NCBI GenBank assembly: GCA_963699755.1 | Contig: CAVOVB010000001.1 | Coordinates: 1,632,001-1,696,000 of the forward strand | Length of the DNA stretch: 64,000 nucleotides | Reading direction: 5' to 3' | Source of the DNA: an uncultured delta proteobacterium | Lineage (GTDB): Bacteria; Myxococcota_A; Polyangia; Polyangiales; Houyiibacteriaceae | Notes under the pieces: generated by a model | Seen by the model: only the letters and a program-made list of their open reading frames with translations | Database searches by the model: none | What the model was told of the DNA's origin: nothing | Shown: positions 56,968 through 64,000 of the stretch, piece by piece | Numbering within the stretch: position 1 is the first letter of the stretch | Layout: the number at the start of each line of letters is the position of its first letter | Made by a program: the position numbers and the translations under genes

Positions 56968-59919
56968 CTAGTGAAAAACTTCGTCGACCAGCAGCCGTTG
57001 TTCGAGCTTGTGCGAGGCGCCGGAGCCCGTCGCAGGGCTCGCGCTTTCCGGGCGGGCAATGCAACGCAGAGGTTGCTCGTTGCCTAGAATTTCTGGGAGC
57101 CGCGCACGCATGAAGTACCAGGCGCCCATGTTCCAAGGTTCCTCTTGGACCCAGACCAAATCGACGTCTTTCGGATACGGGGCCAAGCGCGCTTGGAGCT
57201 CGCCTGCACGGAGCGGATACAGCTGCTCGACGCGGATGATTCCGATGTCGTCGGCTTTGGTTTTCTCCCGCCTCTCGAGAAGGTCGTAGTAGATCTTGCC
57301 GGTGCACAGGGCGAGGCGCCGAACCTTGCTCGGCTCCACGGAGGGGTCGTCGGGGATGATTCGTTGGAAAGACCCGTCGGCGAGCTCGTCTAGGGTGCTG
57401 ACGGCGCGGCGGTGTCGAAGCAGGCTCTTCGGGCTCATGACGATCAAGGGCTTACGCCAGGGACGAAGGACCTGACGCCGCAGGCAATGAAAGAGCTGCG
57501 CGGGGGTCGTGAGGTTGACGACCTGCATGTTGTCCTCGGCGCAGAGCAAGAGGAAGCGCTCGAGTCTCGCGCTCGAGTGCTCGGGCCCTTGGCCCTCCAT
57601 GCCGTGAGGGAGCAGCATGACCAGGCCGCTCAGGCGCTGCCATTTGTCTTCGGACGAGGAAATGAACTGGTCGATGATCACCTGGGCGACGTTGACGAAG
57701 TCGCCAAACTGAGCCTCCCAACACACCAAGGCGTCCGGCGAGTCGAGTGAGTACCCCCATTCGAAGCCGAGGACGCCGACTTCCGAAAGCGGGCTGTCAT
57801 AGATCTCCAGGTGTGCCTGGTCGGCGCTCAGGTGCCCGAGCCGGGTATATCTGCGGCCGGATTTTTCATCGAAGATCACGGCGTGCCGGTGGCTGAAGGT
57901 CCCGCGGCGGACATCCTGGCCGGTTAGCCTGCAGCGGACGCCCTCGAGGAGAAGACTTGCGAATGCGAGGTTCTCGGCGGTGCCCCAGTCGACGCCTTCG
58001 CCGGTCTCCATGACTTTGATTTGCTTGTCGAGAACGAAGCGCTGAATGCGCGGGTGCGGGGTGAACCATTCCGGGTAGCTCGTCAGCTTGCCCAGGGCAT
58101 CGATGAGCTTTGGTTTCGGAATTCGTGTATCCGCGTCCGGGACGTCCAAATCGCTGCCGCCCCTGTAGCCGGTCCAGAGGCCCAGCATCGTTGCTGGGAT
58201 GAGGTCGTAGTTCCCGTTGTTGCGCGTATCCTCGAGCGCACGCTCTAACTCTTGTTGGCGCTGGACCTTGATCTCGTCGGCTTGCTGAGTGGTCAGCTTC
58301 CCCGTCTTGATGAGATGGTCGATGTAGACCTCGCGGACTGTCTTCTTTTGGTCGATTGCCTCATACATCTCGGGCTGTGTGAATCGCGGCTCGTCGCCTT
58401 CGTTGTGGCCGTACTTGCGGTAGCAGAACAGGTCGAGCACCACGTCTCCGTGGAAGCGCTGCCGGTATTCGGTCGCCAAGGTCACCGCCTGGGCCACGGC
58501 TTCGGGATCCTCGCCGTTCACGTGGAACACCGGGCAACGAAGCATCCGAGTGATGTCGGTGCAATACGCGGTCGAGCGCGAGTCTTCGGGATTGGTGGTG
58601 AATCCAATTTGGTTGTTGATGACGACGTGAATCGTGCCGCCGGTTTCATATGCCGGGAGCCGGCTCAGGTTCAGCGTCTCTGCGACGACCCCTTGGCCCA
58701 CGAATGCGGCGTCGCCATGGATCAAGAGAGGCAGCACGCTGACCCGGTCCTCATCCCCTTTTCGATCTTGCTTGGCGCGGACGCGGCCTTCGACCACTGG
58801 GTTCACGAACTCTAGATGGCTCGGGTTGAAGGCCAACGTCATGTGCATGTTGTTGCCGCTCGCCGTCTTGCGATCGAGCGAGTAGCCGAGGTGGTATTTC
58901 ACATCGCCGGTGCCGACGTACTTCTCCGGGTCGTCATCCTCGAACCCTGCGAAGATCTGCCGCACGTTCATTTCCATGATGTTGACCATCACGTTGAGCC
59001 GCCCGCGGTGCGCCATGCCGATGACCATTTCCTCTACGCCCAGCTCGGAGGCGCGCTCGGTGAGGATGTCCAGCATGGGAATCACGCTCTCGCCGCCTTC
59101 GAGCGAGAAGCGCTTGGCGCCGGTGTACTTCGTATGCAGAAATTGCTCGAAGATCTCGGCATCTGTGAGCTTGGTGAGGATGCGAACCTGTTGCTCGCGA
59201 CTGAGGTCGATGTGGTTTCCGGTGAGCTCCATGCGGTCGCGGAGCCAATCGCGCGCCTTCCGGTTCTCCAGGAAGGTGAACTCGGAGCCGATCGTTCGCG
59301 AGTAGGTGTCTTTCAAGCGTGCCAGAATCGAGCGCAGCGATTCGTTCGGCGGCCCCGCCAGGTTGCCCGTCGCAAAAATGGTGTCCGGGTCGACATGGGC
59401 GAGCCCGTAACGCTTCAGAACGAACTCCTCCCCGGACGGCTTGCGATGCAAGCCCAGCGGGTCCAGGTCGGCGTAGAGATGACCGCGTACGCGGTGCGCA
59501 TTGATCAGCGTGGAGAGACGGGCCTGAAGCTCGTTGGCTGCGAGCAACTCGGACGAAGGCGGGAACGACGTGCGGACGTCGGTGAAGACGGGCTCGAGCG
59601 GAGTTTCCGCGGTGGGTGGCAAGAGGACTGAGTTCCGTACGCCGCCCAATGCCTCGGTGCCGTCGACGAGCGCGACAGCGTGTGGCACGGCCAGTGCGGG
59701 CGAACCATTTCCATCCGAGGGCAGCGGGTCCGGACTCCGAAGGCCGGTGGCCGTGACGGGCGCCATGATCGTCCCTGCGCTCGAGATCTGCGGCCAGTCG
59801 GTTGGCGCGAGGCTTTCGAAGTACGCGCGCCAAGCCTCGTCCACTGCAAGCGGGTTATCTACCCACTTGAGAAACTGCTCTTCGACCAGTCCTTGGTTTA
59901 CGCCGAAATCTGCGGTCAT
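56968..59919 (-). CDS. sucA: 2-oxoglutarate dehydrogenase E1 component
   Basis: KRFSLEGGE, GMAHRGRLN, GDVKYHLG, IHGDAA, GHNEGDEP, WEAQFGDF, GPEHSSAR. Confidence 0.97.
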   Translation of the reverse strand: MTADFGVNQGLVEEQFLKWVDNPLAVDEAWRAYFESLAPTDWPQISSAGTIMAPVTATGLRSPDPLPSDGNGSPALAVPHAVALVDGTEALGGVRNSVLLPPTAETPLEPVFTDVRTSFPPSSELLAANELQARLSTLINAHRVRGHLYADLDPLGLHRKPSGEEFVLKRYGLAHVDPDTIFATGNLAGPPNESLRSILARLKDTYSRTIGSEFTFLENRKARDWLRDRMELTGNHIDLSREQQVRILTKLTDAEIFEQFLHTKYTGAKRFSLEGGESVIPMLDILTERASELGVEEMVIGMAHRGRLNVMVNIMEMNVRQIFAGFEDDDPEKYVGTGDVKYHLGYSLDRKTASGNNMHMTLAFNPSHLEFVNPVVEGRVRAKQDRKGDEDRVSVLPLLIHGDAAFVGQGVVAETLNLSRLPAYETGGTIHVVINNQIGFTTNPEDSRSTAYCTDITRMLRCPVFHVNGEDPEAVAQAVTLATEYRQRFHGDVVLDLFCYRKYGHNEGDEPRFTQPEMYEAIDQKKTVREVYIDHLIKTGKLTTQQADEIKVQRQQELERALEDTRNNGNYDLIPATMLGLWTGYRGGSDLDVPDADTRIPKPKLIDALGKLTSYPEWFTPHPRIQRFVLDKQIKVMETGEGVDWGTAENLAFASLLLEGVRCRLTGQDVRRGTFSHRHAVIFDEKSGRRYTRLGHLSADQAHLEIYDSPLSEVGVLGFEWGYSLDSPDALVCWEAQFGDFVNVAQVIIDQFISSSEDKWQRLSGLVMLLPHGMEGQGPEHSSARLERFLLLCAEDNMQVVNLTTPAQLFHCLRRQVLRPWRKPLIVMSPKSLLRHRRAVSTLDELADGSFQRIIPDDPSVEPSKVRRLALCTGKIYYDLLERREKTKADDIGIIRVEQLYPLRAGELQARLAPYPKDVDLVWVQEEPWNMGAWYFMRARLPEILGNEQPLRCIARPESASPATGSGASHKLEQRLLVDEVFH

Positions 59920-60033
59920 CTACGAGTCGTGGCTCCAGGAACCCTGGTCGCTGGCGAAGCCTAACGCGATCGCCTGCGAGGTGCTAGCGCGCGGCCTGGT
60001 CCCAATGCAGGACTTGGCACATCATGGGCTCCC

Positions 60034-60429
60034 ATGCCCAGAATTTTCATCGTTCTTTCCGGCTTGCTCGGCTTGAGCGCCGTGGCTCTCGGCGCGTTTG
60101 GCGCGCATGGCTTGCAATCCCGCCTCGCTTCGCTGCCCGACGCCGTCAAGCGCTTGGACTGGTGGAACACAGCCGCCCACTATCACCTGACGCATGCGCT
60201 GGCTCTCGCAGTGGCGGCCTGGCTCGTCCATCGCGGTGCGGGCGCCTCGGCGCTGATTGCGGGCTGGTCGTTCGTCGGCGGAGTCACGCTCTTCAGCGGG
60301 AGCCTCTATGTGATGGCAGTGACCGGCCAGACAAAGCTTGGAGTCATCACGCCTTTGGGTGGTCTGCTCTTCTTGGTCGGCTGGGGTGCCATCACGGTCG
60401 CGGGCTGGCGGCTTGGGGCCGGAAGCTAG
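60034..60429 (+). CDS. DUF423 (YgdD/TMEM256-like) membrane protein
   Basis: AVALGAFGAHGL, YHLTHALAL, LFSGSLY, ITPLGG. Confidence 0.92.
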   Translation: MPRIFIVLSGLLGLSAVALGAFGAHGLQSRLASLPDAVKRLDWWNTAAHYHLTHALALAVAAWLVHRGAGASALIAGWSFVGGVTLFSGSLYVMAVTGQTKLGVITPLGGLLFLVGWGAITVAGWRLGAGS

Positions 60430-61514
60430 CGCTGCTGTCCCTGTTGCTGTGCCCGGATCTGCTCGCGGAGTTGCTCCATGACTTCCGGTGGAAGCTGAGG
60501 CTGCTGCTGGGCCCCCGCCGCTGGTCCCAACGGTGGCTGTGCGGGCGATGCGGGAGGCGGCTTGCTGGGCGCTTGGAACGCCGTGGCGTCGGGCTGTAGT
60601 CGGTCCGCGAGGTACTGCGAGATCACATAAACCGTGGGCTCGCCCCTGCGCCGCAGGTAGAGCTCGTCCCCTTGTTCCGTGGCGGCACCGAGCTCGAGCA
60701 CGATCGGATCGGGGTTCTCTGCCAAGGTCAAGGTCACTGTCGCTCGGGGCTCGGTCAGCCCGGCCCTCGCTTCGGAAATGTCTGCCGCCGCGAAGTCGGA
60801 CGCCACGAGCCGTGCGGTGGTCGAAACCGTGCCCGCCACTTGCTTTGGATCGAAGTCTCCGAGCGCTTTGTGTCCTTTGCGGGCGGCCCAACCCTCTCCT
60901 TCGCGCTCGAAGACGAACGTCCCCTTCGGACCTTCGAATTGGATTGATTGCACGTCAGCGGGTTCTACGCTGACGACCTTTCGATCGCGCCAGGCCTTGA
61001 GCTCACGGTCGAACGCATAGCGAAGCGAGCCGCTCGCTCCGAAGACCTCGCTGCGTTTGTCGATCCGAACCATGGTCATCCCGTTGCCGTACTTTCCGAC
61101 CATCAGCTCGCTGAGGGTCTCGTTTCCGGCCTTCACCGTGACCCGCACGGCGCTCGCTTCGTCCACTTGGAGCCGTGCGTAGTGGTCCGGTTTCGTTGCG
61201 ACGATACGGCTGATCTCGAGGTCGGCGAGCCGCGTAAGCGCAGAATCGACGTTGTTCTGATCTGCAGCAGTCTCCAAGGGCTCGATGACCCGCCAGGAAC
61301 CGTCGACTTTGGACAGCACGACTCGCCCGTTTTCGGGCCGCGTGATCTCGAGCGCGGTGATCGCGGCCTTGTCGAGCTCGATCGTCGGTATCTCTCCGGA
61401 GCTCGTGGGTCGACGGTTTCTGTTGTTGACCGCCCAGGCCGTCAGGCCGAGGAGCACGAAGAACACCAAGGCTCCAATCGCAACTCGATTCTTTCGCCAT
61501 TCCATTGCGAGCAT
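60426..61514 (-). CDS. DUF4340 domain protein
   Basis: N-terminal TM, two repeats with W...P...AD, WRDRKV linker; follows gldG-like gene. Confidence 0.8.
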   Translation of the reverse strand: MLAMEWRKNRVAIGALVFFVLLGLTAWAVNNRNRRPTSSGEIPTIELDKAAITALEITRPENGRVVLSKVDGSWRVIEPLETAADQNNVDSALTRLADLEISRIVATKPDHYARLQVDEASAVRVTVKAGNETLSELMVGKYGNGMTMVRIDKRSEVFGASGSLRYAFDRELKAWRDRKVVSVEPADVQSIQFEGPKGTFVFEREGEGWAARKGHKALGDFDPKQVAGTVSTTARLVASDFAAADISEARAGLTEPRATVTLTLAENPDPIVLELGAATEQGDELYLRRRGEPTVYVISQYLADRLQPDATAFQAPSKPPPASPAQPPLGPAAGAQQQPQLPPEVMEQLREQIRAQQQGQQR

Positions 61515-61523
61515 TCCCCCAGC

Positions 61524-63233
61524 TTAGAGTGTGAGCGTCCTCTTTTTGTTCAAGCGTTGCCGCCAGCGCAAGAGTCCAAAAAGGGCAACCAGGAACGGAA
61601 TGCCGAGGGTGTTGAGCCAGCGATAGCCGAGTTTCTTGGAATCCCAGGACTCGATGGCAGCTCTGCGTTCCGCGAGTGCCGCCTCGACGCCGCCTTCGTC
61701 GCCCTGCTCGGCAGCCGAAAGCGCGGTGCTTTCCGCGACGAGCACCGAGTCGGGAATGTCGAGCGCGGGCTCTTCGGTCGTCTTGGCGCGAATCGCAATC
61801 AAGTCCGAGTCGGCGGCCAGCCAATCGATCGCGTTCAGCGCCAGAGCAAGCGCGGCGTTCATCTGCACGTCGCCTTGCTGCGGACGTGGCGGCATGAACG
61901 CGTCTTCGAGAAACGAGCCAGTACCCACGACCAGGACGCGGACATCCTTTTCGGCAACCGGCGGGGCCGGGATGGCGTTGGCCTCGTCTTCGTTGATCGG
62001 GGCAGCAAACGCCGAAGGCAACTTGCCCTCGATGGCGACCACGAGGTCGAACGGGCCGGCGTCGCTGCTCATCTGCCAGTCCCTTGGATTGCGTGGCGCG
62101 AGTGAAATCGTCGCTCCGGACATCGTCCAGGAGTCTTGCGACGAGCTCGCGAGCACGGTGAGCTTGGTGTTCGCGGGCGGCTCACTCAGCTCGAGCGGTG
62201 CGACAAATGGAAGCATCGGCGAGGCGAGTCGGAACATCACCGGATGCTCCTTTTGCGCTTCCTGGAGCTGGAGGACGGGGATCGGCGGGTATGGGACGAG
62301 CACTTGCAGGCCCAAAGGCCCCGCCATCGGTGCGCGGCTGCACTGTGCATCGGCGACCAGCTTCGAGCCGAGGCGAACGCCCCAAGCGCCAAGCAGGCCA
62401 TCCATGCGCAAGCTCAAGGCCCGCGCCGAGGGTCCAGCTTGACCGCCGAGGTCGACCGCGATCCCGCCTCCGAATATGCCAAGCGAGCCGCCACGCATCA
62501 CGAATTGATCGATGCGCCTCAGCTCCTGGTCGCTAAACGGTTCTTGGGGCCCGATGACCAAGAGTGCAGCAAGCGCGGGGTCGATGTCTTGCGTGGCGTC
62601 GACCTCGCGGACTTCGTAGAGCGAGAGCACGGACCTGAGGCTCGTGAGGCCTTGCTCGAGGCTGGGGCCGCCGTGGCCTCCGACGACCCCGATCGGTTTG
62701 CGCTCGCCAACCAGCTCCTTGATCGCCGAGGTGATGATGTACTCGAGCCCGGTGGTGTCTTGGATGATAGGAATCGCTCGAGTCTGATCGAGATAGCGGA
62801 GCACCATGCCGCGGTAGCCTTCGACGACGGCGACCTGATCCTCCTCGATTTTCTGATGGGCGACGCGTTGGACGCCGTCGGCGCGCGCGGCCTCCTGCTC
62901 GTCCTCGTCGTTTGGATTGACGAAGCGAACGATGATTTGGCCGTTCGACGCGGCCGAGTACTCTGCGAGCAAGTCACGCACCTGACGCTCGGTGGCGTTG
63001 AACGGAGGTGGGAGGTTCTCGGTGAAGTAGGCCGTGACCTCGAGGCGGTCGTCCAGGTTCGAGGCGAGCCGCTCGGACCCTTCAGCCAAGGAGAAGAGCT
63101 GGTTTTGCGTGAGGTCGATTCGCGGCGACCGGAAGTACGCGGCGAGCACGTTGAGCAAGATCAGGATGCCACCGACGATCAGAAGAAAAATCAGGGATTC
63201 GCCAGCGGCGCGTTTTTGAACACTGGATGACAT
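61524..63233 (-). CDS. GldG-family ABC transporter auxiliary component
   Basis: RIDLT....SL, VTAYFTENLP, LEY.ITSAI, IDQFVMRGG, NAIDWL..D..LI.IR, two TMs. Confidence 0.88.
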   Translation of the reverse strand: MSSSVQKRAAGESLIFLLIVGGILILLNVLAAYFRSPRIDLTQNQLFSLAEGSERLASNLDDRLEVTAYFTENLPPPFNATERQVRDLLAEYSAASNGQIIVRFVNPNDEDEQEAARADGVQRVAHQKIEEDQVAVVEGYRGMVLRYLDQTRAIPIIQDTTGLEYIITSAIKELVGERKPIGVVGGHGGPSLEQGLTSLRSVLSLYEVREVDATQDIDPALAALLVIGPQEPFSDQELRRIDQFVMRGGSLGIFGGGIAVDLGGQAGPSARALSLRMDGLLGAWGVRLGSKLVADAQCSRAPMAGPLGLQVLVPYPPIPVLQLQEAQKEHPVMFRLASPMLPFVAPLELSEPPANTKLTVLASSSQDSWTMSGATISLAPRNPRDWQMSSDAGPFDLVVAIEGKLPSAFAAPINEDEANAIPAPPVAEKDVRVLVVGTGSFLEDAFMPPRPQQGDVQMNAALALALNAIDWLAADSDLIAIRAKTTEEPALDIPDSVLVAESTALSAAEQGDEGGVEAALAERRAAIESWDSKKLGYRWLNTLGIPFLVALFGLLRWRQRLNKKRTLTL

Positions 63234-63236
63234 CGT

Positions 63237-63947
63237 TCAGCTCCACCGCCGCGATTCGAGCGCCCGAAACGCGAGCGCCAGCGCGAACACGACCACGGAA
63301 ACGAAGAAGAGAACGTCACGCAGGTCGATCACACCGCGCGCCATGCTTTGGAAATGGTAGTCGAACGAGAGCCACTGCAAGGCCGACGCGGCGTTCGTCG
63401 GGAGCAGCGCCAAGAATTTGTCGAGGACCCAGAAGAAGACGCTCAAGGTCAGCGCGACGAAGAGCGCGATGAGTTGATTGCTCGTCCAGCTCGAGGCCAT
63501 CAATCCGATGGCCAACACCGCCGACCCCTGCAGCAGCAAGCCGAGGTAGCCGCTCCAAACCGGGCCCCAGTCGAGGTCGCCGAGCGTGGAGACGCTGAGC
63601 GGGTAGCTGATGGTCAGCGCGAGGAGGACTGCATAGAGCCCCAAAACGCCCAAGAACTTCCCTAGGATCACCTGCGCCTCGGTCACCGGCAAGGTGATGA
63701 GCAGCTCGATCGTGCCGGTTCGCTTCTCTTCGGCGAGAAGGCCCATGGTGAGCGCAGGAAGTGAGAAGACGAGGATCAAGCCGAGCCATCGAAACATCTC
63801 TCGAGCGCTTGCGCGACCGAATAGAAAGAACGTCTTCCAGAAGAAGAACCCAAGCGTCAGCAAGATGATGCAAATGACGATGTAGGCGACCGGGCCGTTG
63901 AAGTAGCTTCGGAACTGGCGTCCGGCGATGGTGAGAACCGATCTCAT
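63237..63947 (-). CDS. GldF-like ABC-2 permease
   Basis: SYFNGPVAY, PALTMGLLAEEKRTGTIELL.T.P, RGVID.RD. Confidence 0.9.
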   Translation of the reverse strand: MRSVLTIAGRQFRSYFNGPVAYIVICIILLTLGFFFWKTFFLFGRASAREMFRWLGLILVFSLPALTMGLLAEEKRTGTIELLITLPVTEAQVILGKFLGVLGLYAVLLALTISYPLSVSTLGDLDWGPVWSGYLGLLLQGSAVLAIGLMASSWTSNQLIALFVALTLSVFFWVLDKFLALLPTNAASALQWLSFDYHFQSMARGVIDLRDVLFFVSVVVFALALAFRALESRRWS

Positions 63948-64000
63948 GATGAGGCTCCTCCGTTCCCCGTGGTGAGCTGTCGAAAGATGTCTTCGAGGTT
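63944..64000 (-). CDS. C-terminus of a probable ABC ATP-binding protein (GldA-like), truncated by the window edge
   Basis: NLEDIFRQLT, the typical ABC-2 ATPase C-terminus; ATGA overlap with the permease. Confidence 0.7.
   Translation of the reverse strand, partial: NLEDIFRQLTTGNGGASS

Noticed and set aside
56201..56971. ORFs in the hsp20-sucA gap
   Set aside because: Low-complexity translations of repeat DNA, with no RBS or recognisable domain

Overview
GC-rich (visually about 65%) core-chromosome window, most likely from a Myxococcota (Polyangiales-like) bacterium. The assignment rests on a GltJ/AgmX-like protein, a PilI-like permease, many Cys- and Gly-rich lipoproteins and a variant EF-Tu. 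The window carries housekeeping genes (der, era, fsa, nadK, murA, hisG, miaE, pepA, etfBA, rnr, sucA) and the tRNA(Thr,Tyr,Gly,Thr)-tuf-rpmG-tRNA(Trp)-secE-nusG-rplKAJL-rpoBC cluster. Short indels break several genes, including rpoC three times, so the assembly has long-read-type errors. The best candidate system is a three-gene RiPP locus at 43.5-45.5 kb: a DUF692/MNIO enzyme, a DUF2063 partner, and a precursor hidden by a frameshift. The precursor has a lipoprotein signal and two EASCGEGSCGGAK repeats, a variant of the EGKCG motif of oxazolin/bufferin precursors. Other notable items are an SdhC-like protein lacking all four heme-ligand His, a sigma54-type promoter driving a small gene coupled to comEA, a candidate RNA thermometer before hsp20, a dispersed ~110 bp repeat, a 190 bp inverted-repeat element, an EF-Tu with a non-canonical switch I, and signs of leaderless transcription. 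No CRISPR array, prophage, rRNA or transposase was seen. All family assignments come from motif recognition by eye, not from database searches.
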